Source: Antedon mediterranea
Taxonomy: Eukaryota; Animalia; Echinodermata
Length of the DNA: 64,000 nt
Direction of reading: 5' to 3'
Assembly: GCF_964355755.1 (NCBI RefSeq)
Contig: NC_092673.1
Span: 33,539,648 to 33,603,647, forward strand
The notes beneath the pieces are model-generated. The model ran no database searches and was not told the origin of the DNA. It saw only the letters and a list, made by a program, of their open reading frames with translations. Shown here piece after piece: positions 24,103 through 37,436 of the stretch (the stretch's first letter is position 1; every line of letters begins with the position of its first letter). The position numbers and the translations under genes were made by a program.

Positions 24103-25009
24103 GTATGACAGAACACTGGTATCAGTATTGAATGGTATGATAATAACTCTGACATACAGTTACTATTATTAGTTTCATTTTTTTATTACGACATTGTCGA
24201 TTATTGTACAGTAATGATTTTTGCATACAGTTATTATTTGTAACTGAAACTTAAGTACTTTATATTAATCATTGTTATAACCATATTGCATCACAAAGGA
24301 ACAACTATTTAATGGCTTGCTCTCTAAAAGTAGGGCACAGTGATCATTTAATGTTTCTAAACGGTTATATTTAACATGCTATCATTCTAAATTGGTTGAC
24401 TTTCATAGATACTTCTAGACTTTTTGTCTGCTGAATTTCAAATTTTTTTTCTAATTTAGCATGCATATTTCTTAATATATTCCATTCGTTTGTGTTCCTT
24501 GACATGTATTGAGAAAGAAAGTTTAGGTTAAGTAGAAAATGTTGTTAAGTCAAACATCTATAAACTTTGATTGATGATTAGTGTATTACTCAAAGAGGTT
24601 GCATAACTAGAGGGTCAACTTTAAAAGCAATTTACTATAAAGAAACAAAACATGATTTGGCGGCATCACTTTTCGACCAATTAGATATGCCAGTTTGTAA
24701 TCACGCACCACTACACCTCGTTAGTTTATCAACACGACAAGTTGTTCTTAATCCTTGTATGCAAAAATTAAAAACAAGAAATTTAGTTTTATATATTAGA
24801 TAATAATTTGGAATAAATATATATGTACGGCCATTTTCCTTACCTTTCTCATATCACTTCAGTATTGTTTATGAGTAATTGTAAAACATCTTTGTATATA
24901 TTATACCATTATAATCATGTCCAATATAAAAAAAGTTAACAATTTTGTAAAGTACAAGATACCACCCAGAAATAACCTGTAGAACCCATAAACGTCTATT
25001 GAGTTAAAT

Positions 25010-28000
25010 AAGGGACAATATACGTTTTAACACACCACAACCAGGGGACAACCCTATTAAAGGACACTTGTTATACTAACAAGGGACAATACGTTTAACA
25101 CACCGCAACCAGAGGACAACCCTATTAAAGGACACTTGTTAAACTAACAAGGGACAATATACGTTTTAACACACCACAACCAGAGGACAACCCTATTAAA
25201 GGACACTTGTTAAACTAACAAGGGACAATATACGTTTTAACACACCACAACCAGAGGACAACCCTATTAAAGGACACTTGTTAAACTAACAAGGGACAAT
25301 ATACGTTTTAACACACCACAACCAGAGGACAACCCTATTAAAGGAACACTTGTTAAACTAACAAGGGACAATATACGTTTTAACACACCACAACCAGAGG
25401 ACAACACTATTAAAGGACACTTGTTAAACTAACAAGGGACAATATACGTTTTAACACACCACAACCAGAGGACAACACTATTAAAGGACACTTGTTAAAC
25501 TAACAAGGGACAATATACGTTTTAACACACCACAACCAGAGGACAACCCTATTAAAGGACACTTGTTATACTAACAAGGGACAATATACGTTTTAACACA
25601 CCACAACCAGAGGACAACCCTATTAAAGGACACTTGTTAAACTAACAAGGGACAATATACGTTTTAACACACCACAACCAGAGGACAACCCTATTAAAGG
25701 ACACTTGTTAAACTAACAAGGGACAATATACGTTTTAACACACCACAACCAGAGGACAACACTATTAAAGGACACTTGTTAAACTAACAAGGGACAATAT
25801 ACGTTTTAACACACCACAACCAGAGGACAACCCTATTAAAGGACACTTGTTAAACTAACAAGGGACAATATACGTTTTAACACACCACAACCAGAGGACA
25901 ACCCTATTAAAGGACACTTGTTAAACTAACAAGGGACAATATACGTTTTAACACACCGCAACCAGAGGACAACCCTATTAAAGGACACTTGTTAAACTAA
26001 CAAGGGACAATACGTTTTAACACACCACAACCAGAGGACAACCCTATTAAAGGACACTTGTTATACTAACAAGGGACAATATACGTTTTAACACACCACA
26101 ACCAGGGGACAACCCTATTAAAGGACACTTGTTATACTAACAAGGGACAATATACGTTTTAACACACCACAACCAGAGGACAACCCTATTAAAGGACACT
26201 TGTTAAACTAACAAGGGACAATATATGTTTTAACACACCACAACCAGAGGACAACCCTATTAAAGGACACTTGTTAAACTAACAAGGGACAATATATGTT
26301 TTAACACACCACAACCAGAGGACAACCCTATTAAAGGACACTTGTTATACTAACAAGGGACAATATACGTTTTAACACACCACAACCAGAGGACAACCCT
26401 ATTAAAGGACACTTGTTAAACTAACAAGGGACAATATACGTTTTAACACACCGCAACCAGAGGACAACCCTATTAAAGGACACTTGTTAAACTAACAAGG
26501 GACAATATACGTTTTAACACACCCTAACCAGGGGACAACCCTATTAAAGGGCACTTGTTATACTAAAAAGGGACAATATACGTTTTAACACACCCTAACC
26601 AGGGGACAACCCTATTAAAGGGCACTTGTTATACTAATAAGGGACAATATACGTTTTAACACACCACAACCAGAGGACAACCCTATTAAAGGACACTTGT
26701 TATACTAACAAGGGACAATATACGTTTTAACACACCACAACCAGGGGACAACCCTATTAAAGGACACTTGTTATACTAACAAGGGACAATATACGTTTTA
26801 ACACACCACAACCAGGGGACAACCCTATTAAAGGACACTTGTTAAACTAACAAGGGACAATATACGTTTAACACACCACAACCAGAGGACAGCCCTATTA
26901 AAGGACACTATACTAACAAGGGACAATATACGTTTTAACACACCGCAACCAGAGGACAACCCTATTAAAGGACACTTGTTAAACTAACAAGGGACAATAT
27001 ACGTTTTAACACACCACAACCAGAGGACAACCCTATTAAAGGACACTTGTTAAACTAACAAGGGACAATATACGTTTTAACACACCACAACCAGAGGACA
27101 ACCCTATTAAAGGACACTTGTTAAACTAACAAGGGACAATACACGTTTTAACACACCACAACCAGAGGACAACCCTATTAAAGGACACTTGTTAAACTAA
27201 CAAGGGACAATACGTTTTAACACACCGCAACCAGGGGACAACCCTATTAAAGGACACTTGTTAAACTAACAAGGGACAATATACGTTTTAACACACCACA
27301 ATCAGGGGACAACCCTATTAAAGGACACTTGTTAAACTAACAAGGGACAATATACGTTTTAACACACCACAACCAGAGGACAACCCTATTAAAGGACACT
27401 TGTTAAACTAACAAGGGACAATATACGTTTTAACACACCACAACCAGAGGACAACCCTATTAAAGGACACTTGTTAAACTAACAAGGGACAATATACGTT
27501 TTAACACACCCTAACCAGGGGACAACCCTATTAAAGGGCACTTGTTATACTAAAAAGGGACAATATACGTTTTAACACACCGCAACCAGAGGACAACCCT
27601 ATTAAAGGACACTTGTTAAACTAACAAGGGACAATATACGTTTTAACACACCCTAACCAGGGGACAACCCTATTAAAGGGCACTTGTTATACTAAAAAGG
27701 GACAATATACGTTTTAACACACCACAACCAGGGGACAACCCTATTAAAGGACACTTGTTATACTAACAAGGGACAATATACGTTTTAACACACCACAACC
27801 AGAGGACAACCCTATTAAAGGACACTTGTTAAACTAACAAGGGACAATATACGTTTTAACACACCACAACCAGAGGACAACCCTATTAAAGGACACTTGT
27901 TAAACTAACAAGGGACAATATACGTTTTAACACACCACAACCAGAGGACAACCCTATTAAAGGACACTTGTTAAACTAACAAGGGACAATATACGTTTTA

Positions 28001-31000
28001 ACACACCACAACCAGAGGACAACCCTATTAAAAGACACTTGTTATACTAACAAGGGACAATATACGTTTTAACACACCGCAACCAGAGGACAACCCTATT
28101 AAAGGACACTTGTTAAACTAACAAGGGACAATATACGTTTTAACACACCACAACCAGGGGACAACCCTATTAAAGGACACTTGTTATACTAACAAGGGAC
28201 AATATACGTTTTAACACACCACAACCAGAGGACAACCCTATTAAAGGACACTTGTTATACTAACAAGGGACAATATACGTTTTAACACACCACAACCAGA
28301 GGACAACCCTATTAAAGGACACTTGTTAAACTAACAAGGGACAATATACGTTTTAACACACCACAACCAGAGGACAACCCTATTAAAGGACACTTGTTAA
28401 ACTAACAAGGGACAATATACGTTTTAACACACCACAACCAGAGGACAACCCTATTAAAGGACACTTGTTAAACTAACAAGGGACAATATACGTTTTAACA
28501 CACCACAACCAGAGGACAACCCTATTAAAGGACACTTGTTAAACTAACAAGGGACAATATACGTTTTAACACACCACAACCAGAGGACAACCCTATTAAA
28601 GGACACTTGTTAAACTAACAAGGGACAATATACGTTTTAACGCACCACAACCAGGGGACAACCCTATTAAAGGACACTTGTTATACTAACAAGGGACAAT
28701 ATACGTTTTAACACACCACAACCAGAGGACAACCCTATTAAAGGACACTTGTTAAACTAACAAGGGACAATATACGTTTTAACACACCCTAACCAGGGGA
28801 CAACCCTATTAAAGGGCACTTGTTATACTAAAAAGGGACAATATACGTTTTAACACACCCTAACCAGGGGACAACCCTATTAAAGGGCACTTGTTATACT
28901 AATAAGGGACAATATACGTTTTAACACACCACAACCAGAGGACAACCCTATTAAAGGACACTTGTTATACTAACAAGGGACAATATACGTTTTAACACAC
29001 CACAACCAGGGGACAACCCTATTAAAGGACACTTGTTATACTAACAAGGGACAATATACGTTTTAACACACCACAACCAGGGGACAACCCTATTAAAGGA
29101 CACTTGTTAAACTAACAAGGGACAATATACGTTTAACACACCACAACCAGAGGACAGCCCTATTAAAGGACACTATACTAACAAGGGACAATATACGTTT
29201 TAACACACCGCAACCAGAGGACAACCCTATTAAAGGACACTTGTTAAACTAACAAGGGACAATATACGTTTTAACACACCACAACCAGAGGACAACCCTA
29301 TTAAAGGACACTTGTTAAACTAACAAGGGACAATATACGTTTTAACACACCACAACCAGAGGACAACCCTATTAAAGGACACTTGTTAAACTAACAAGGG
29401 ACAATACACGTTTTAACACACCACAACCAGAGGACAACCCTATTAAAGGACACTTGTTAAACTAACAAGGGACAATACGTTTTAACACACCGCAACCAGG
29501 GGACAACCCTATTAAAGGACACTTGTTAAACTAACAAGGGACAATATACGTTTTAACACACCACAATCAGGGGACAACCCTATTAAAGGACACTTGTTAA
29601 ACTAACAAGGGACAATATACGTTTTAACACACCACAACCAGAGGACAACCCTATTAAAGGACACTTGTTAAACTAACAAGGGACAATATACGTTTTAACA
29701 CACCACAACCAGAGGACAACCCTATTAAAGGACACTTGTTAAACTAACAAGGGACAATATACGTTTTAACACACCCTAACCAGGGGACAACCCTATTAAA
29801 GGGCACTTGTTATACTAAAAAGGGACAATATACGTTTTAACACACCGCAACCAGAGGACAACCCTATTAAAGGACACTTGTTAAACTAACAAGGGACAAT
29901 ATACGTTTTAACACACCCTAACCAGGGGACAACCCTATTAAAGGGCACTTGTTATACTAAAAAGGGACAATATACGTTTTAACACACCACAACCAGGGGA
30001 CAACCCTATTAAAGGACACTTGTTATACTAACAAGGGACAATATACGTTTTAACACACCACAACCAGAGGACAACCCTATTAAAGGACACTTGTTAAACT
30101 AACAAGGGACAATATACGTTTTAACACACCACAACCAGAGGACAACCCTATTAAAGGACACTTGTTAAACTAACAAGGGACAATATACGTTTTAACACAC
30201 CACAACCAGAGGACAACCCTATTAAAGGACACTTGTTAAACTAACAAGGGACAATATACGTTTTAACACACCACAACCAGAGGACAACCCTATTAAAAGA
30301 CACTTGTTATACTAACAAGGGACAATATACGTTTTAACACACCGCAACCAGAGGACAACCCTATTAAAGGACACTTGTTAAACTAACAAGGGACAATATA
30401 CGTTTTAACACACCACAACCAGGGGACAACCCTATTAAAGGACACTTGTTATACTAACAAGGGACAATATACGTTTTAACACACCACAACCAGAGGACAA
30501 CCCTATTAAAGGACACTTGTTATACTAACAAGGGACAATATACGTTTTAACACACCACAACCAGAGGACAACCCTATTAAAGGACACTTGTTAAACTAAC
30601 AAGGGACAATATACGTTTTAACACACCACAACCAGAGGACAACCCTATTAAAGGACACTTGTTAAACTAACAAGGGACAATATACGTTTTAACACACCAC
30701 AACCAGAGGACAACCCTATTAAAGGACACTTGTTAAACTAACAAGGGACAATATACGTTTTAACACACCACAACCAGAGGACAACCCTATTAAAGGACAC
30801 TTGTTAAACTAACAAGGGACAATATACGTTTTAACACACCACAACCAGAGGACAACCCTATTAAAGGACACTTGTTAAACTAACAAGGGACAATATACGT
30901 TTTAACGCACCACAACCAGGGGACAACCCTATTAAAGGACACTTGTTATACTAACAAGGGACAATATACGTTTTAACACACCACAACCAGAGGACAACCC

Positions 31001-31726
31001 TATTAAAGGACACTTGTTATACTAACAAGGGACAATATACGTTTTAACACACCACAACCAGAGGACAACCCTATTAAAGGACACTTGTTAAACTAACAAG
31101 GGACAATATACGTTTTAACACACCACAACCAGAGGACAACCCTATTAAAGGACACTTGTTAAACTAACAAGGGACAATATACGTTTTAACACACCACAAC
31201 CAGAGGACAACCCTATTAAAGGACACTTGTTAAACTAACAAGGGACAATATACGTTTTAACACACCACAACCAGAGGACAACCCTATTAAAGGACACTTG
31301 TTAAACTAACAAGGGACAATATACGTTTTAACACACCACAACCAGAGGACAACCCTATTAAAGGACACTTGTTAAACTAACAAGGGACAATATACGTTTT
31401 AACACACCACAACCAGAGGACAACCCTATTAAAAGACACTTGTTATACTAACAAGGGACAATATACGTTTTAACACACCGCAACCAGAGGACAACCCTAT
31501 TAAAGGACACTTGTTAAACTAACAAGGGACAATATACGTTTTAACACACCCTAACCAGGGGACAACCCTATTAAAGGACACTTGTTAAACTAACAAGGGA
31601 CAATATACGTTTTAACACACCCTAACCAGGGGACAACCCTGTTAAAGGGCACTTGTTATACTAAAAAGGGACAATATACGTTTTAACACACCCTAACCAG
31701 GGGACAACCCTATTAAAGGACACTTG
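25010..31726. repeat. Tandem satellite array, 71-bp unit, about 94 copies
   Basis: aagggacaatatacgttttaacacaccacaaccagaggacaaccctattaaaggacacttgttaaactaac repeated head to tail with few substitutions; unit starts e.g. at 25220 and 25291. Confidence 0.98.
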
Positions 31727-32930
31727 AGGGTCCAGAAGGTGATCTGATAGTGATGTTTCTACTACATCCTAATTTAAACCAGAATAATCGGTAAAGTTAG
31801 TATTTGTGAAATAAATTGCCGCCAAGTTATTTTTACTTTCGTCGGCATCTCAGGAAATGGTGTCTATTAACATCAAGTCATTACTGTTAAAAATTTGTGA
31901 ACAAAAATCAAACAGAAGCGTTATTCAAGTTCCAACGTAAAGCAATGTTGACCATTGGTATTGTCAAGAGAGTAAATTCCATCAACGAATTATGTGCAAC
32001 CAATTTAGCTAAAAATACAAATATTTTTATTGACAAATTGTGTTCTTGCTATTCATTACACAAGAGAGAATTTCTAACCAATGTCTTACAAATGTTAAAA
32101 CTCACTTCAAAATACCATGCTAAAATGTATAAACAAGTACAGCGGCGCTGATGACATTTCTTTCACTGCGACTATTTATTGAGCTGCAGACTTTTTTGGC
32201 ATTCCACATTTTGTTTCTCAGCACAAATGTCCATGGTAAACACGCATTTATTCTCATATTGAGTAATAGTAAAAATGTATAAATCTACTTTACAGTTTAT
32301 GAAGGCTAGAATACCATGTCTTAATTTAGTGTTTAGAATAGTCTTCTGAACCACTTTAAAAACCCTTAAGCTTAGTTCCCACTTTGACGCATAAGCATAA
32401 GCTCACCATAAGTAATTTGATCACGACACAATGAATTTTCCTAACTGTCACTTGTGATTGGTCAACTCACTTACATTGCGCCTACGTTGTTGTGTGAAGC
32501 AAATTTACGGTTAGTGTAAATTAAAAGAATGTTAAGATGTATTGTCCCCCAAAAACATGAAAAATAAAGATTAATTTAATCAGATTTTGAATAGGTTATT
32601 TTTTAGTTAGTCACTTCCATAGAAAAAAATGGAAAAGTTAATAATTTTTACTTATAAAATGGTTAAATTTGCTGGCAGCCAATTTGACTATTTTTTCCTT
32701 TAAATTACAGTTTTTTAGGTAAATATATATTTTTTTTCAATCCAATTTTTGGTCAAAGTGGATATTACTGTTAGGTGACATTAAAATGGCATATTCAACA
32801 TTATTATTTTTCAGGACAAACATATTGAATTGAATTATAAATTGATTTTTTTTTTTCTTTTAGCTCACAAGGAATGTAATATTTAGGTAAATCTATAATT
32901 ATATAATTTTTTTTGTTACGTTTTTTTTAG

Positions 32931-33260
32931 AAATCAATCAAACCCGACTCTAACTTTTCTGCCAACCGACTTGTTGATTTGAAGTATCAGAAAGGGTTAG
33001 GTAATGACTCCCTAGCTTCCTTGCTTTTAACTATCACATCAAACAGTGGTCTATGTCTTGATGTGGCGGTGTACCAGGCAGCTGGGTATCTCTGCTATCT
33101 TAAGGAGTTGAAATATGCAGTTGTCACCGATTCCAAAGAGTTTGTGATCTTGGAATATAAAGGTGATAACAAAGTATTGCAGAGGTCAAAGGTTGCTGAT
33201 ATAAAGTTGTTTATGAGGCATTATAGTGCTTTATTCCTTTGGAATAAGACATTGCTATAA
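32931..33260 (+). CDS. Probable terminal coding exon (likely of the DUSP gene), restriction-endonuclease-like motif pattern
   Basis: (t)8ag acceptor, 109 open codons from phase 0 to TAA, aataaa at ~33294; contains AVYQAAGYLCYLKELKYAVVTDSKEFVILEY. Confidence 0.55.
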   Translation, partial: KSIKPDSNFSANRLVDLKYQKGLGNDSLASLLLTITSNSGLCLDVAVYQAAGYLCYLKELKYAVVTDSKEFVILEYKGDNKVLQRSKVADIKLFMRHYSALFLWNKTLL

Positions 33261-35345
33261 CTGTGTTAATACTACTGTAATAGTGCTAATAACAATAAAG
33301 GCAATAACAGATATAATAGGCTAAATCAGGATAAAATAGGTTTATTTATGCAACCAGGCTTGCCACTTAGCTACTTAGTACAATTTTCTATGGGATACTG
33401 ATAATCTACATATGAAAAAATATAAAATATACAATATGTATCAATAATAATTGAACTAAATGACACTTTGATGACACTTTAATGTATGATGTTGTTTTTT
33501 GTCATAAGTTAAATATGTAAAGAATTCTTTTTTCTGTGTAATATTCATAGAAATCATGATTTTCAAATTTAAAACAGGTGAAATTTGAGATATTTATATA
33601 TTAATTGCGATCATCATCTTCAATGAATGTTAAATATAGGTTAATTATAAATTTGATTGAGTTTAAATATTGGACGCAAGCTGTGTCGTTTCCTGTGAAC
33701 AGAGATCTAGCAGCAATATTTAACATAAAATAGAACAATAAACAGTATATACAGTTGTATATAATCTAATTTGCATACAGGTGGTGAATATAATTATAGA
33801 GGGCTCTATTGTCTAACATATGTAGTATTTTAATGTTGACTAAAATTACTGAATCTTCAATCTTTATTGAGTATTATTTGTTTTATATTAAAATATGGAT
33901 ATGTGAAAAGCAGGACATGTAGGTGTAAGTGGACAGACATAGAGAGAAGGCATTAAGATATAAAGATCAACGTTGTACTATGCACCACAGACTGTTTCAT
34001 GAAGAAACATTAACATGTATTTATAATAATAAAAGAGTACTTTATAGGGGCAATGCTGTAGCAAGAGTGTATTGCAGTACAAAGCCCTTACAGCCAGGGG
34101 TTAATAGAGTTCGAACCCACACCAGTAAAAAGGTTCATGAATAAAACAGTATTAAAAACAACATATAAAACAATGATAAAAATATTTTAAAACATCTAAA
34201 AAAAAAATGTTTAAAATCTTTTAAAAATATTTAAAAACCATTAAAATTTCATAAAAGAGGTTAAAAAGGGTGAGAAAAATTATTTTGATCAGGATCGCCC
34301 GATGTGATCCCAAATTGATTTTTCTTCAGTTGCTTACGCCTGAACTCTCTCCTTTCCTATATTTATGCAGTATTTTTAAATTTTATCATTCAGTGATTGG
34401 CTATTAGTTGATAGATGACACGTATTATGCGCATTTAATGATTCTTTATATATTAATCAACATGAACACAGTTAAATTTAAATATAAATACATTAATGAA
34501 TACTAACAATGACACTATGTTTTATTCTTAAATTAATGAATACTTCTATTGAATAATTTATGTTATGAATACAATTGTTGGATGGTTCTAGTTTAACCAT
34601 GCTTCCAAATGCAATAAAATTGTCCCCCCAAAACTTAGAAAATTAATAAGTGATTATATGCTAAATATAAAATAGTTATAATATTACCGACATTCAGTGA
34701 ATTTTATTTTACACATCAAAAGTAAATTTCTTTTCTGAATTTCTAAAGTTGTATTGCATTATACAGCCGACTTTGAGTGAATTTTAATGTTATATCAAAT
34801 TGACAATGTTCTCTTCTAAAAGCTAAATGTTATAAAATAAATGTAGGCCTATTACATTAAATTTCGTCGTAAAATAGGAAAAGTACGCTAAAAAAAATAA
34901 CAGATAACCACATTCTACAATCAGAATATTGTTTCTTTTAGATAACTATTTAAAAATAGATGTATTATTACATTACATTTCACGATAAAATAGAAATGCC
35001 CTAATAAGGTAATAAATGAGGACATTGCTGGAGGTTATTATTACCAATTTCATTGTGATGCCGCTATTTAAATGTAGGCCTAAAGCCATACACAATTTGC
35101 CCATTGTTTGGGGATTTATCTTGGAAAGTGTTTCGGGGAAGAAGATGAAAATGACAAATTAATGCAATTATAATAGCATTTTCCCCGAAACACTAAAAAC
35201 ATTTAAATATTTATTTATTGTGCAATAAAAAAATTCTTTAATTCAATCGATTATATATTTTTTTTTCGTGTCATAACTCTTTTCTGTGCTAGTGTGCCGT
35301 CGGCCTCTTTAATCTTGAATGAACACAGATGTGCTGGCGGGTAAT

Positions 35346-35681
35346 AGATGTATTGTCCCCCAAAAACATGAAAAATGAAGATTAATAAAATCAGACTTTG
35401 AATAAATTATTTTGTAGTTTTAATTAAGTTATTCACTTCCGTAGCAAAAAAAAAAAATGTTTTCCCTTATAAAATGACAAAAAAATGGTTAAATATTCAA
35501 CCAAAAATCCGTTGGCTGGCAGCCAATTTGACTATTTTTTGCTTTAAATTACAGTTTCTCCAGGTAAATACATTTTTTCGATTTAATTTTTGGTCAAAGT
35601 GGATAACTATTATGTGACATTAAAATGGCATATTCAACAACAAAAATTAAAATAATTTTTTTTCAGGGGGACAATACATCT
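35346..35681 (+). mobile_element. Kolobok-like MITE family B (other copies at ~12655-13290, 16840-17136, 32535-32820, 53051-53373)
   Basis: agatgtattgtcccc ... ggggacaatacatct TIR shared with family A, with a different interior (ggcagccaatttgact, gtgacattaaaatggcatatt). Confidence 0.75.
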
Positions 35682-35862
35682 GTTGTTTCCAAAATTTGTT
35701 ACAAAAACAAGATAACATTTCCTGATAAACTTAGTTTGCTCAACCAATTGGTTGCTGTGGCTGTTAGAGTTTAGATACTAAATACTTAAATAATATAAGA
35801 AAATATATAAATACTGTAGTTATGTACAGTATTTATAACTATAATAATCAAAGCATGATTAA

Positions 35863-36262
35863 AGGCCCATTCACACTAGGACGATAACGATCGACGATAA
35901 TAGACAATAATTTGCATTTTTCATACATAAAATAAAAGAAATATAAAACCTTTTCATTCTAGAACTATAGAATAACCATTTATGCTTCCTTTGATGACAA
36001 TTATATGTTCACACGTCCAATCAAATGACGTCATGATTAGTAAGAGCAATAATACCGTGACGATACAACGATTTTATTGTTTTTATGTATCATGACGTCA
36101 TTTGATTGAAATTTTAAAAATATTATTTTTATCAAAGACAGCATAAATGATTATCCAATAGTCCTAGAACGAAACCCTTTCTAATTTCTTTTGTTTTATG
36201 TTAAAAAAATGCATGCTTATATATTTATCGTCGGTCGTTATCGTCCTAGTGTGAATGGGCCT
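35863..36262. mobile_element. PIF/Harbinger-like palindromic MITE (TAA TSD)
   Basis: taa|aggcccattcacactaggacgataacga ... tcgttatcgtcctagtgtgaatgggcct|taa. Confidence 0.85.
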
Positions 36263-36367
36263 TAAAGTTGACATAATACTTAAAAGGAATTATAATATAT
36301 GTACATTTATACTTAAATTTAATGTGTCTACTACAAATATAATACCATAAAAATTATGTTTGTGTAA

Positions 36368-36528
36368 AGCTCTGTCTACACTATCAAACTAGTTTGACAA
36401 AACAAAGTGTGATGTGCTTAAATATGGTAATGATATGTCCAAATATGGTAGTGATATGACATCATCATATCCATATATGGGCACATCACATTTTTGTCAC
36501 GTAAAGTTTGATAGTGTGGACAAGGCTT
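36368..36528. mobile_element. Small palindromic MITE (second copy at ~63541-63690)
   Basis: agctctgtctacactatcaaact ... agtttgatagtgtggacaaggct; the internal tgtgatgtgc/gcacatcaca is shared with the 63541 copy. Confidence 0.7.
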
Positions 36529-37436
36529 AAGAAGAAGGTGTAAAAAACTATAATCTATATAATGTACGGTATGTATAATTGGAAGGAATAAATGTTGGTC
36601 GTTTTGAATTTTCCAATAACATCTAATAATAATGGACCGTAGCCCAGGACCACATATGATTCTGTCAGGTTTTTGCATTATGGTTTAGGCCTATATACGA
36701 CGAGAGTATTGGTATTACCGTGACATCAGCACCGGTATCAATTTTAAATTCTATGGGGTTCCCTCGATTTGCATTTTTAGTGTCCACGAACCCAATCGTG
36801 ATGTCGCTGAATCTACTACTCCTAAAAAGTTATATTGAGGTTTAGATTTCTCCTCGTTTATTTCGCCTACGTTACTACTGGCTCTACAAAAATGTGTAAA
36901 ATGTCTTTTATGCGTGGTTCCCACTAGAACGCAACGCAGTGAAGTATCTTCGCAAAGTGTTGTATTGCGTAATCACAAGTGGGAACCGACGACGCAATAG
37001 TGCTGCAAACATCGTAGGTTTGATTCCACGCAGGAGCGGGGGCAAACGCAATGATTGGAAGGGCATTTTCTTACGTTGCCTAGATTGCGCTACGTTGCGT
37101 CGCTTTACGCTGATTTTGTGGCACGTAGCCCGAGCAGTGATCATAAGCGTGAAAAAACATTTTGGATCAGTCAATGAATACTCTTCTGCGGTTTTTTTGT
37201 TTTAAAAATCGCTTAAAGTCCTTAAAACGATTCGAAGGGGTTACACTACCACAAACACCTTTTCAACAACGACGTTTTAGATTGTTCGTCAACTTCGCTA
37301 GGACATTAAGCAACCTTCCTTGTTAAGGACGGTTGCTTAATTAAGGCCCTAGCGAAGTCAAATACCAAACGTACCGTTAGACGATAAACAACCCGATAAA
37401 TGCAAACATAACTCCGTTATAATATAACAACGTTTG

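Noticed and set aside
25010-31726. CRISPR array
   Set aside because: Units are contiguous and near-identical with no unique spacers; no cas genes; eukaryotic intronic context.
32864-32886. 23-nt microexon before the terminal exon
   Set aside because: Using the gtaaat donor at 32887 gives stops or puts 32931 out of frame in every phase; only a 12-nt version with a weak donor fits, so it is not called.
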